A stretch of DNA of 64,000 nt from Bacteroidota bacterium (GTDB taxonomy: Bacteria; Bacteroidota; Bacteroidia; Bacteroidales; FEN-979). The DNA is taken from positions 36,127 to 100,126 of the forward strand of contig JBAXKG010000004.1 in the NCBI GenBank assembly GCA_037137455.1, in the 5' to 3' direction. The notes below the pieces were generated by a model, which was not told where the DNA came from, did not search any database, and worked only from the letters and a program-made list of their open reading frames with translations. Position 1 is the stretch's first letter, and each line of letters opens with the position of its first letter. Position numbers and translations under genes: made by a program. Below, one piece after another: positions 20,433 to 29,955 of the stretch.

Positions 20433-21088
20433 ATCGAAACGTTCGAAGCCATAATTGCCCGTGAAATGGCTGTTTGCAATAACTTTATCACCTCTTCAGC
20501 TTCAGTTCTCGGGGTTTTAAACTGTGTGATTTCATTAATTTTTCTTCTCATTTTCAGAAATTGAATGAAGCCGCCGAAATTTTTTCTGACCATTTTGCAG
20601 TTATTCATCACTACCAGCAGCATAATATCATGATCAGATAATGATTTTTCTGAAACGATGTTTTCGTAAATATTTTCCTGCAATTTACGCTTCAATTCAA
20701 CATTAGATAATGGAAATTTAGTCTGGTAAAATACCATCAAAAGGCTGTACTCTTCTCTGCCGATTATTTTATTATTGATAAGTTGTTTTAAAATTGTTTT
20801 TCGAAGAAGAAGTTTTTTATAAACAATTCTTTGGATCCATGATCGGACGCTTCTTTGCTTTTTGGAAGATTTAATAAGATTAAGCACTCTGTCGAGCACC
20901 ACATTATCAGTCGATTTGGCATTAGCTATGTATACTTCATCATTTTGAAACCCTATACGGCCAGCTTTATAAAGATCAAACAGAATTGCTCCGGCCAATC
21001 CGAACTTGATTTTATGTTCAGATGTCCCGAACCAACCTTTATCATCGAGTGCGAGCAGGATAATTTTTTGCAGGAAGGTCAATTCCAT
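20423..21088 (-). CDS. GPP34/GOLPH3-like family protein
   Basis: From ATG 21088: MELTFLQKIILLALDDKGWF...GLAGAILFDL is GPP34-like. The ORF could extend to 21187, which would overlap pstB by 20 nt. Confidence 0.55.
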   Translation of the reverse strand: MELTFLQKIILLALDDKGWFGTSEHKIKFGLAGAILFDLYKAGRIGFQNDEVYIANAKSTDNVVLDRVLNLIKSSKKQRSVRSWIQRIVYKKLLLRKTILKQLINNKIIGREEYSLLMVFYQTKFPLSNVELKRKLQENIYENIVSEKSLSDHDIMLLVVMNNCKMVRKNFGGFIQFLKMRRKINEITQFKTPRTEAEEVIKLLQTAISRAIMASNVSIHI

Positions 21089-21167
21089 TTTTTTCTGATT
21101 TATATATCCAATAAACAGGATTAAATTCCAGACGATAAAAATAAAGAAAATTTCACTGTAAAAGCAA

Positions 21168-21941
21168 CTAATTAAAAGTTCCGCCAAGGTAAAACCTTGT
21201 CTTTTCCATTTTCGGATTTCCGAATACCTCTTCTGCGCTGCCTTGTTCGATCACATCGCCCAAATACATGAATACAACATTGTCGGCAATGCGCTTTGCC
21301 TGGCGCAATACATGTGTAACCAGTACGATGGTATAATCGGTTTTCAGCCTTACAAATGTTTCTTCAATGAATTGGCTTGAGATAGGATCAAGTGCAGAAG
21401 TCGGTTCATCAGCCAAAATAATTTCAGGATTCACGGCCAGGCCACGAGCCAGGCAAAGGCGTTGTTGCTGACCAATTGATAATCGCGAGGCAGGCTCACG
21501 CAACCGGGTTCTGATTTCATCCCATAAATTGGCCTGTTCCAGATAATGCATTACAAGTTTGTGGGTTTCTCTACGGTTTTTAATACCTCTGAGCTTCAGG
21601 GCATATGAGATATTGTTGTAGATGGTCATCGGAAGCGGATAGGGGCGCTGCGATAACAACCCCATCTGTTGCCTGAGTTTATAGATATCTTCTTTGGCCG
21701 CCAGAATGTTGTTACCGTCAATCATGATTTGTCCGCTTACTTTTAATTCGGGGTAAAGATCAGTAAGCCTGTTCAGGCACTTCAGCAGAGTGGTTTTCCC
21801 GCATCCAGAAGGGCCGAGGATGACAGTAATTTTATTCTTAGGGATATCAATATTGATATTCTTAAGAATCTGGGTTTTCCCAGCAAAAACGTTTAAGTCC
21901 CTGATCTCTATCTTAGTTTTATCATCCATCCCTGATTCCAC
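21168..21941 (-). CDS. pstB: phosphate ABC transporter ATP-binding protein
   Basis: GPSGCGKTT, LSIGQQQRL, LADEPTSALD. GTG start at 21941, or ATG at 21929. Confidence 0.95.
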   Translation of the reverse strand: MESGMDDKTKIEIRDLNVFAGKTQILKNINIDIPKNKITVILGPSGCGKTTLLKCLNRLTDLYPELKVSGQIMIDGNNILAAKEDIYKLRQQMGLLSQRPYPLPMTIYNNISYALKLRGIKNRRETHKLVMHYLEQANLWDEIRTRLREPASRLSIGQQQRLCLARGLAVNPEIILADEPTSALDPISSQFIEETFVRLKTDYTIVLVTHVLRQAKRIADNVVFMYLGDVIEQGSAEEVFGNPKMEKTRFYLGGTFN

Positions 21942-22798
21942 TAGAAATTGATTTTTGTTTTGTGATATCGTTTACCAACTCCGCGGGAAAACAAACTTAC
22001 AATTAAAATAATTAGTGTCAACACCAATGCTGAGGCATATGCCCGGTTTTGAACTTCGGGCACCGGTGAAGAAAGCTGAAAGAAAATTGATAGTGGCAGA
22101 GTGGCAACAGGCTCAAGGAGGCCATTTGGCAAATGGTCAGTATAACCGGCTGTGAATAACACAGCTGCTGCATCACCTATTCCCCGCCCAAATGACAGTA
22201 AAACCGCTGTAATAATCCCGGAAAATGACTGGCGGGTAAATATCTTAAATGCGATTTCCGACTTATTTGATCCCAGTGAATAAGCTGCCTCCTGCAGTCC
22301 AATCGGCACAGTGCGCAGGATTTCATCCATCGAACGGATCATGATGGGCAAAATAAACAGGGTGACTGTAAGGATACCAGCCAGCAACGATGTTTGCAAA
22401 CCAAAAAAAATCATCAGGGAAAATCCAAAGGCGCCATAAACAATCGAAGGAATTCCCCATACAAGGTCGAGCAGAAAACGAATGATGTCGATTACTTTTT
22501 TATGTCTGATCAGGAATACATTGATATACAGGGCTACCGGCAACCCTATGATAAAAGCCAGCAAAGTGGCTCCGCTTGCGAGCGCCAATGACCCAAGGAT
22601 GGCATTCAAAATGCCTCCTCCTTTTCCATAATAATATCCACCCTGGGGAATTTGTGTGAGCATCTCCCATGAAATGGAGGTTATACCTTTTTCAAAAATG
22701 CTATAAATAATGATGGCAAGAATAGCAAGGATGAAAAAGGTCGCAAATATCATCAGCGCCTTAAAAAATTTCTCTTCTATTTTCTGTCCTCTTGTCAA
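21941..22798 (-). CDS. pstA: phosphate ABC transporter permease PstA
   Basis: Six-TM permease with an EAA loop (QEAAYSLGS). Lies between pstC and pstB. Confidence 0.85.
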   Translation of the reverse strand: MTRGQKIEEKFFKALMIFATFFILAILAIIIYSIFEKGITSISWEMLTQIPQGGYYYGKGGGILNAILGSLALASGATLLAFIIGLPVALYINVFLIRHKKVIDIIRFLLDLVWGIPSIVYGAFGFSLMIFFGLQTSLLAGILTVTLFILPIMIRSMDEILRTVPIGLQEAAYSLGSNKSEIAFKIFTRQSFSGIITAVLLSFGRGIGDAAAVLFTAGYTDHLPNGLLEPVATLPLSIFFQLSSPVPEVQNRAYASALVLTLIILIVSLFSRGVGKRYHKTKINF

Positions 22799-22801
22799 GG
22801 G

Positions 22802-23692
22802 TTAAAATTTGTTATATCTGACAATAAAAAAATGCATTACCAGGTTAAAAAAAAGCGACACCGCCAGTAACAAGAGAGCTGCAAACATCAATGCAGCATC
22901 GTATTTGGGGATAGACATCATTTCCCCGTAGTTATTGGCAATCAGGGCCGGCAAAGTATAGCCCGGGTCAAACAAACTTTTTGGCAACTTTACTACATTG
23001 CCCACTACCATCAACACTGCCATGGTTTCCCCAAAAGCCCGGGCCAATCCAAAACCAAATGCTGCAATTATACCGGGAAGAGCTTTTTTTATCAGAACAT
23101 GTTTTATCGTTTGCCATTGTGTGGCGCCCAACGACAGGGCTGCCTCCTTCAATTCCATGGGTATAGCCCTGAAAATTTCAATGAGGATATTCAATACAAA
23201 TGGTATGATCATGATCGAAAGCACAAATGAAGCAGCGAGGATGCTGTAGCCCATGGTCTTAATACCCATCCAGGGACCCAGGTACCGCGAAATAAAGGGA
23301 ACGATTACCAGTATACCCCAGAGTCCGTAAACAACAGAAGGAATGCCGGCAAGGATATCGATGGCCGGATGCATGATCCGAAGAAAATATTTTCTTGTAT
23401 ATTGAGTGACGTAAATTGCGGTAAGAAGGCAAACCGGCGCTGTAATCAGCATTGCCACAAGGGTTACCCAAACTGAACCGACAATGAATGGATAAAAACC
23501 GAATTGCCCGCTGGCAGGCTTCCATGTTTTAGAAAAAATCAGGTCGATAAGTGAATAGTCATGAATTAGCAGTACTGATTTAACATAAAGCCCGATGAAT
23601 AGGAGAAAAGGCAAAAAAGCGACCAGCAACAGACTGATGATCATCCACGTGTAATTTACTGCATGACGCTGCTCCCTGTTGAGAAGATACAT
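22802..23692 (-). CDS. pstC: phosphate ABC transporter permease PstC
   Basis: Permease with an EAA loop (KEAALSLGATQWQTI). Follows pstS. Confidence 0.85.
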   Translation of the reverse strand: MYLLNREQRHAVNYTWMIISLLLVAFLPFLLFIGLYVKSVLLIHDYSLIDLIFSKTWKPASGQFGFYPFIVGSVWVTLVAMLITAPVCLLTAIYVTQYTRKYFLRIMHPAIDILAGIPSVVYGLWGILVIVPFISRYLGPWMGIKTMGYSILAASFVLSIMIIPFVLNILIEIFRAIPMELKEAALSLGATQWQTIKHVLIKKALPGIIAAFGFGLARAFGETMAVLMVVGNVVKLPKSLFDPGYTLPALIANNYGEMMSIPKYDAALMFAALLLLAVSLFFNLVMHFFIVRYNKF

Positions 23693-23693
23693 T

Positions 23694-24680
23694 TCAGTTC
23701 AACTTTTGCAATTCCGTTTTTATCTGCTCCGGCTTGATGGCTACATAACCGGCTTCGTTAACATATTTCTGTCCATCAGAAAGAATCCAATTCAAAAATA
23801 TTTTCACTAATGGGCTGACAGGTTTTCCGCCAGAAACGAAATAAAGGTCCCTTGCCGGCGGCGAAGGATATTTTCCGTTATTAATGGCTTTCATAACACT
23901 ATCCATGCTTTCGTAAAAATCTTCATCGGGGTCGATAACCCCGTTTCCATTGAGATCGATAGGAATGACGTTTATTCCCTGATAAATTTTCCTGGTTTGC
24001 ATTTCATAAACAAAACCAAGGTTGTTAAAACCGATCCCTTCAGCATTTCTTCTTACAGCATCAGCAACACCGGGATCGCCATTGACTCCAAGCCCAAGCA
24101 GGTCTTCCTGTTTCATGTTATTAAGATATTTTGCCCACATGTCGGCTGCGCCGCATGCATCGGAGCGTGTAAATGCCTGTAGTTCAACCTTTGAAAAATT
24201 TCCGACTGCCTGGCCCCAGGTTTTAATCCTGCCTGAGATAAAAATATCGTAGAATTTCTGTTTTGTGAGTCCCTTTTTTTTCAGGTCGGACAATACGGGA
24301 TTATTCGCGTTAATCGTTGGCAAAACTGCATCTTTGGCCACCGCAATCCACCAGGCCCCTTTTGCCTGTTCTTCAGGACTTACCGATTTTGAGAACATTC
24401 CCAGATCAACCATTTTCGATAAGGCATCGGTCATTCCCTTTCCTGCGCCCCCGGCAGAAACATTTACTGTAACGTGCGGATGAAGTTTCTGAAACTCCTC
24501 TGCCCATTTTACCGTGAGCGGATAGAGTGCAAACGCACCGGAAATAGTAATCTTGCCTTTCAAAGAGTCATTGGGAGATCCTGCATTCCTATGTGAGCCC
24601 TGGTTGCAGGAAAATAGCATTGCTCCGGCAATAAGCGCTGTAAATAGAAATAATGCGAACACCCGATGGTCCAATTTCAT
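23694..24680 (-). CDS. pstS: phosphate-binding lipoprotein PstS
   Basis: Lipoprotein signal (MLFSC). ITISGAFALYP...SAGGAGKG is PstS-family-like. First gene of pstSCAB. Confidence 0.8.
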   Translation of the reverse strand: MKLDHRVFALFLFTALIAGAMLFSCNQGSHRNAGSPNDSLKGKITISGAFALYPLTVKWAEEFQKLHPHVTVNVSAGGAGKGMTDALSKMVDLGMFSKSVSPEEQAKGAWWIAVAKDAVLPTINANNPVLSDLKKKGLTKQKFYDIFISGRIKTWGQAVGNFSKVELQAFTRSDACGAADMWAKYLNNMKQEDLLGLGVNGDPGVADAVRRNAEGIGFNNLGFVYEMQTRKIYQGINVIPIDLNGNGVIDPDEDFYESMDSVMKAINNGKYPSPPARDLYFVSGGKPVSPLVKIFLNWILSDGQKYVNEAGYVAIKPEQIKTELQKLN

Positions 24681-24685
24681 AAACT

Positions 24686-25651
24686 TCAGGATAAAAAGTG
24701 GTTAATAATATCTTCCACCTTTATCCCTTCTGCCTCAGCTTTATAATTACGCACGATCCGGTGGCGAAGCACAGATGTTGCAACTGCTCTCAAATCCTCA
24801 ATATCGGGAGAATATTTTCCGCTGAGCGCTGCATGGCATTTAGCCCCTAATATCAGGTATTGTGAAGCCCTTGGGCCAGCGCCCCAGGTCAGGTATTCGT
24901 TGGCCCAGGTGTTTGCCTTGCGTGTTTTCGGGCGGGTCATTGAAACCAGGTTCACAGCATATTGAAAAACATTATCAGGAACAGGGATTTTACGTACCAG
25001 ATTTTGGAAAAACAGAATTTCCTCTGCGAGGAGAACCACTGAAGGTGTAACTGATTTTTCGGAAGTTGTTGCTTTTACAATTAGTATCTCCTCTTCAAAA
25101 GATGGATAATCAAGCCAGATGTTAAACATAAACCGGTCGAGCTGTGCCTCAGGTAACGGATAGGTTCCCTCCTGCTCAATAGGATTTTGTGTTGCCAGTA
25201 CAAAAAAAGGTTCTTCGAGGTGATAGCTTGTTCCGGCAACAGTAACAGCTTTCTCCTGCATAGCCTCCAATAACGCAGACTGGGTTTTTGGAGGAGTACG
25301 GTTTATTTCATCAGCAAGGATAATATTGGCGAATACCGGTCCTTTAATGAAACGGAAATGACGGTTTTCATCGAGAATTTCTGTGCCGATAATATCGGAA
25401 GGCATTAAATCAGGAGTAAATTGAATACGGTGATAGCTTAGTCCAAGAGCCTTGGATAATGTATTAACCATCATTGTTTTAGCTAATCCCGGAACACCAA
25501 CCAGAAGGCAGTGCCCTTTACAAAAGATGGCTATGAGAAGATTTTTGACCACCTCATCCTGGCCGATGATTACCTTCGAAATTTCAGATTTTAAAAGGAT
25601 ATATTTTTTAACAAGTGCGTCAACTGCTTCAACATCCGATGAAAACTCCAT
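24686..25651 (-). CDS. MoxR-family AAA+ ATPase
   Basis: GVPGLAKT Walker A and ILADEINRTPPKTQSALLEAMQE. 321 aa. Confidence 0.9.
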   Translation of the reverse strand: MEFSSDVEAVDALVKKYILLKSEISKVIIGQDEVVKNLLIAIFCKGHCLLVGVPGLAKTMMVNTLSKALGLSYHRIQFTPDLMPSDIIGTEILDENRHFRFIKGPVFANIILADEINRTPPKTQSALLEAMQEKAVTVAGTSYHLEEPFFVLATQNPIEQEGTYPLPEAQLDRFMFNIWLDYPSFEEEILIVKATTSEKSVTPSVVLLAEEILFFQNLVRKIPVPDNVFQYAVNLVSMTRPKTRKANTWANEYLTWGAGPRASQYLILGAKCHAALSGKYSPDIEDLRAVATSVLRHRIVRNYKAEAEGIKVEDIINHFLS

Positions 25652-25662
25652 TATGGTCCGAT

Positions 25663-27021
25663 TTAGTTTTTAATCCATTTTCTTTGGAAGGTGCAATTGC
25701 GAAAATCATCCATTATCGCAATAAATGTGGAATTCATCTTATTGGTTATCCACTCATTAATTACATCCATCTTCTTCTTTTCCAAAGCGATCTGCTGGAT
25801 ACGTGCATAATCTTCTTCCAGGTTTGCCTTATGTGGGTTTGTTCGGGTTTTCAGGTAATAAATACGATAGTCCTGTTTGCCCCGATCATTGGTCAACACC
25901 GGAGAAGATACTTCACCGACTTTGAGTTTATCGATAACGAAGAAAATTTTTGCATCAACCTGCCCAGCCTCAAATTTGCTGTTCCCGCTTGCCTGGTTGA
26001 TCATTAATCCCCCACTGATCCTGCTTGGGTCATCGGAATATCTTATGACCGCCATATCGAATGTAAGTTTCTTTTGCGAAATCTGGGATGCAACACTGTC
26101 GAGGGATAATTTTGCTTTGTTAAGGTTAATCGGTGAGACCTTAGGTTGGATTAGGATATGGCGCACATTAATATATTCTCCCCTGCGTTCGACCATCTGA
26201 ATCAGGTGAAATCCATCTTCAGTTTCCACAATATCTGAAACTTCACCTGGTTTCAGTTTAAAAGCTGCTGCTTCAAATTCAGGACGCATTTCACCACGTT
26301 TGAACATCCCCAATTCACCTCCCTGCTTTGATGAACCAGGATCTTCGGAATATAGCACGGCAAGGGTACTGAAATCATCACCCTTAGTAAACCGTTCTTT
26401 AAAACCCTTAAGTTTATCTTTAACAATCTGCTTTTCTTCATCGCCTATTGCAGGTTGCCGCACAATCATACCAATCTCAATTTCGGAATTAATGAGAGGA
26501 ATGCTGTCTTTGGGAAGTTTCCTGAAGAAGGTCTTAACCTCTGCCGGGGTAATTGTTACATCCTTTGAAATTTTCTGTTGTTCCTGTTCGGTCAGCATCG
26601 ACTCCTTTATAACATCACGAAGTTCGTTTTTAATTTCAAGCAATGATTTTCCAAAATGTTCTTCCAGTCTTTCGGGGGTTCCTGCCTGAGAGATAAAGTA
26701 GCGCATCCTGCGGTCAATTTCAAGTTCTACCTGTTCATCGGTAACCTTAATACTATCAACCTGCGCCTGGTGCAGCAATAGTTTCTGAAAAAGCAAATTT
26801 TCAAAGATCTGACATTTAAGTTTGGGCGCTGTACCCATTATATTACCCTGGCTGCGAATCTGCAAGTACTGATTTTCAATATCTGAAATAAGAATTGGGT
26901 TACCTCCCACGATGGCAACTATTCCATCGATGATTGAATCGCGTCGAAGCTGGGCAAATGTCGCAGGGGCAGATAAAACAATCAGGAAAATCAGAATTAT
27001 AATAATACGCAGAACTTTCAT
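25663..27021 (-). CDS. SurA-like periplasmic chaperone / parvulin PPIase
   Basis: Signal peptide, SurA N-domain, and two parvulin-like segments (IGMIVRQP..., VRHILIQP...). Confidence 0.8.
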   Translation of the reverse strand: MKVLRIIIILIFLIVLSAPATFAQLRRDSIIDGIVAIVGGNPILISDIENQYLQIRSQGNIMGTAPKLKCQIFENLLFQKLLLHQAQVDSIKVTDEQVELEIDRRMRYFISQAGTPERLEEHFGKSLLEIKNELRDVIKESMLTEQEQQKISKDVTITPAEVKTFFRKLPKDSIPLINSEIEIGMIVRQPAIGDEEKQIVKDKLKGFKERFTKGDDFSTLAVLYSEDPGSSKQGGELGMFKRGEMRPEFEAAAFKLKPGEVSDIVETEDGFHLIQMVERRGEYINVRHILIQPKVSPINLNKAKLSLDSVASQISQKKLTFDMAVIRYSDDPSRISGGLMINQASGNSKFEAGQVDAKIFFVIDKLKVGEVSSPVLTNDRGKQDYRIYYLKTRTNPHKANLEEDYARIQQIALEKKKMDVINEWITNKMNSTFIAIMDDFRNCTFQRKWIKN

Positions 27022-27049
27022 GAGCGATGATTTCAGTAAAAACTATCTA

Positions 27050-27889
27050 TTAATAAATCTCAAAAATACTTTTCTTCCGGGCATCAGAGAATATATCTTC
27101 CTGCATACGGTTTATTAGTTCAATTTTTCGCTTGTTGAGTATGATGTCACGGATTCGCTGCTTTTCAAAGCTTAACGGTGAAACGCTTTCTTTGATTTTA
27201 AAATCCTTAAACCTTACCAGGTACACAAACATGGAATCCTGGTATTCAAGGTCCCTGTGATTTTTTAAGAAATCCTCCTGATTGTATGTTTTTACTGGTA
27301 TCTGCTTCAATAAATCACTGAATGACAACCAATTTTGATCATCAAGAAAATAATCTTCTGCATGTTTTTCACAAAGCGCTGACAGTTTGTTCTTATCTTC
27401 CGGGTTATCGGAGGAGAGCAGCTTTTTAAACTGTTTTAAATTATTGGATTTAAGCTGAAGCTTCACATATTGAATCTGTACAATATTATCTTTGAGAAGA
27501 AAATTCTGTTGGTTGCTATCGTAATAATTCTGAATCTCTTCATCAGTGATCAGCGTATCAAGGTTTTGTCTAATCAGGGCATTCTCATACTCATAAATAA
27601 TCAACGAGTTTTTATAGTTTTCAAGTTGCCTGGTAAAGTCCATCTCTGCTTCAGTCAAATTTTTCTCTGCCTGATGGATTATTAGTTTTTGACGAATCCA
27701 ATTTTCGATGAAGCTCTTCGTGATTGCCAGGCTATCCTTTGGAACAATTCCTGATGTAATAACACCTTTCAGGTCAGATTCATAAAGATATTCGTCATGG
27801 ACCCTGGCCAATACCCTCTCGCTTTTTTTTTTGAAAAATGCAGAACAGGAGGTAAGGAAAATCAGGAGGAAGATAATCGATTTGTTCAA
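27050..27889 (-). CDS. lipoprotein, SurA N-terminal-domain-like chaperone (no parvulin domain seen)
   Basis: Lipobox LTSCS. ARVHDEYLYESDL...FIENWIRQKLI resembles a SurA_N domain. Confidence 0.45.
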   Translation of the reverse strand: MNKSIIFLLIFLTSCSAFFKKKSERVLARVHDEYLYESDLKGVITSGIVPKDSLAITKSFIENWIRQKLIIHQAEKNLTEAEMDFTRQLENYKNSLIIYEYENALIRQNLDTLITDEEIQNYYDSNQQNFLLKDNIVQIQYVKLQLKSNNLKQFKKLLSSDNPEDKNKLSALCEKHAEDYFLDDQNWLSFSDLLKQIPVKTYNQEDFLKNHRDLEYQDSMFVYLVRFKDFKIKESVSPLSFEKQRIRDIILNKRKIELINRMQEDIFSDARKKSIFEIY

Positions 27890-27895
27890 TGGTTT

Positions 27896-29884
27896 CTATT
27901 TAATTTTCGCGAATACATCTTTCCTCACAACCACCGGGTATTTTGCCTTTAGGGCAGTAATCCAATTCTTTTCGAGGTAATTCTGGTAATCGGCTGTGAT
28001 AAGGCCACGCGCCTCGTTGAGCTCTTTAGGCCCGGGCAAAATGACCTTACGTACAAAAACAAAAACTGTGGAACCATTGCTTAATAAATTATCAGAGAAT
28101 CCTGGCTTCCATGGAATAGAGTCGATCAGTTTGTTATCCTTCTTTGAGAATTTTCCACTTTCAATAGTCAGGATTTTCAACGAATCGGTATTCACCTCTT
28201 TCTGCAGATCAGTATCTGAAAGCCCTGACTTTATTGAGTCTTTAACTTTTTGGGCCATACTGGAATCCTTCAAAGTGTAAATGCTCGCATCGAGCAATGT
28301 ATCGTTCATATAGTTGAAGCGGTTTTTCGTGTAAAACACCTTCAATCCAAGTGTATCCTTCACAGCTTTTGACCAGACTTTCTGATCAGTAAGGTCAAAT
28401 AGAAGGATGCCATCGCGGTACTCTGCCATCAGCGCTTTAAACTCAGGGTACTTTTGCTCCAACCTTGAATTTTCATATTTAAGCAGGCTTTCATCGAGAA
28501 ATTCGGTATACTTTTTATCAACATATTTAACAATATTCAGCTTATCTTGTTTGCGCTGGGTTGAAGCCAGATATACAGCAAAATCCTTTTGGAAGAATGA
28601 CTTGTTTCCGATTGTAAAAAGCATCTTAATCAAATCTTTGGCCTCGGCATCTTTCCATTTTGCGAAAAAGATACTATCGGTAACAACCTGGTAAAAATCC
28701 TTCAGGGCTTCTTTATTTTCAGTAACTCCGTATTCAGTTCGGATACGGGCAAGCACCACCTGACGTGATTTCTCACCGCGATTATCTTTCATGACCTTCT
28801 GCTTTAATTCAGCTTTTTCCTCATCGAACGGCTTATTGCTTTTCTTTTCGATAAGTTTGACAATATGCCACCCGTAAGGTGTCAGGATTGGTTTGGTATA
28901 ATCGCCGATGTTATTAAGCAAATATATCGCTTCAATGAATTCAGGTACCATTCGGTTCACCCCGAAAGCCGGAAGAACACCTCCTTTTGCTGCTGAACCC
29001 TTATCATCGGAATACTGCTTAACAAGATCTTCGAATGAGCTGCCAGTTGTAAGGCGATTATAAACCGAATCGATTCGCAATCGAATCCGGGCAGAGTCTG
29101 CTGCTGTTGCGTTTTTGGGTATGCTCATAAAAATATGTGCCACCGTGACTTTTCCAATAGCCGGCCGTTTGGCAGTAACCTTGATCAGGTGAAAGCCATA
29201 TTCTGTATGAACTGGTAAGGAGACTTTTCCCACTTCAGTGTTATATGCGGCGTTTTCAAAAGGATAGACCATATCAAATACTGAAAAAAATCCAAGATCT
29301 CCCCTGTTTCCTTTAAGGAAGGGATGCAATTGGTTTGCTTCCCTGTCTTTGGCCGATGGATCTTCAGAAAATTCAATGGCAAGGTTTTCAAAAGACTGAT
29401 TAATAAGTTTGTCTCTTACGAACATAGCTTTTTTGTAAACAGCAAGTGTATCATCAGGAGTTGGATCGGTATTGAGGCGGAAAAAAATATGGCTGGCACG
29501 AAGATCTGTTGATTGACGTTCAAAGGCCTCCCTGACAAGGCCATCAATGATAGCTTCATCGGTAAAATAGGGTTTTGCGAGTTGTTCGCGATAGCCATTG
29601 AGTTCATTTCGGAAAGAGGCCATCGTATCGAGTCCGAGTTCTTCTGCCTGTTTGACCTTAAGCTTGAAATTGATAAACAAATCCAGATATTCATTCAAAG
29701 ATTTTTTATCAATATTTTCGTTTTTTACGTTGTTTTTCTGATAGATGTTCATAAACTCACTGACACGAACCTGTTTTCCGGCAATTGTCATGAGCACTTC
29801 GTCAGTTTTAACCTGTGCGGTTGCAGTAATGAAAGAGATAAAAACCAAGACTGATAATAAAATTTTACTTTTCATGCTATCCAT
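27896..29884 (-). CDS. PpiD/SurA-like peptidyl-prolyl isomerase (two parvulin domains)
   Basis: Signal peptide. Parvulin cores ASHIFF...GDLGFF and VAHIFM...GVLPAF. 662 aa. Confidence 0.75.
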   Translation of the reverse strand: MDSMKSKILLSVLVFISFITATAQVKTDEVLMTIAGKQVRVSEFMNIYQKNNVKNENIDKKSLNEYLDLFINFKLKVKQAEELGLDTMASFRNELNGYREQLAKPYFTDEAIIDGLVREAFERQSTDLRASHIFFRLNTDPTPDDTLAVYKKAMFVRDKLINQSFENLAIEFSEDPSAKDREANQLHPFLKGNRGDLGFFSVFDMVYPFENAAYNTEVGKVSLPVHTEYGFHLIKVTAKRPAIGKVTVAHIFMSIPKNATAADSARIRLRIDSVYNRLTTGSSFEDLVKQYSDDKGSAAKGGVLPAFGVNRMVPEFIEAIYLLNNIGDYTKPILTPYGWHIVKLIEKKSNKPFDEEKAELKQKVMKDNRGEKSRQVVLARIRTEYGVTENKEALKDFYQVVTDSIFFAKWKDAEAKDLIKMLFTIGNKSFFQKDFAVYLASTQRKQDKLNIVKYVDKKYTEFLDESLLKYENSRLEQKYPEFKALMAEYRDGILLFDLTDQKVWSKAVKDTLGLKVFYTKNRFNYMNDTLLDASIYTLKDSSMAQKVKDSIKSGLSDTDLQKEVNTDSLKILTIESGKFSKKDNKLIDSIPWKPGFSDNLLSNGSTVFVFVRKVILPGPKELNEARGLITADYQNYLEKNWITALKAKYPVVVRKDVFAKIK

Positions 29885-29955
29885 TGTTCGTAGGTATTAA
29901 TTTGATTGATTTAATAACGCATTAACCAAGAAAAAATTGCTGGTATATAACTGAA

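Noticed and set aside
24686-25651. MoxR as part of a Bat/aerotolerance-type or defence-type AAA+ system
   Set aside because: No DUF58, VWA, BatA-E, TPR or nuclease partner genes are adjacent. The flanks are SurA-like chaperones and pstS.
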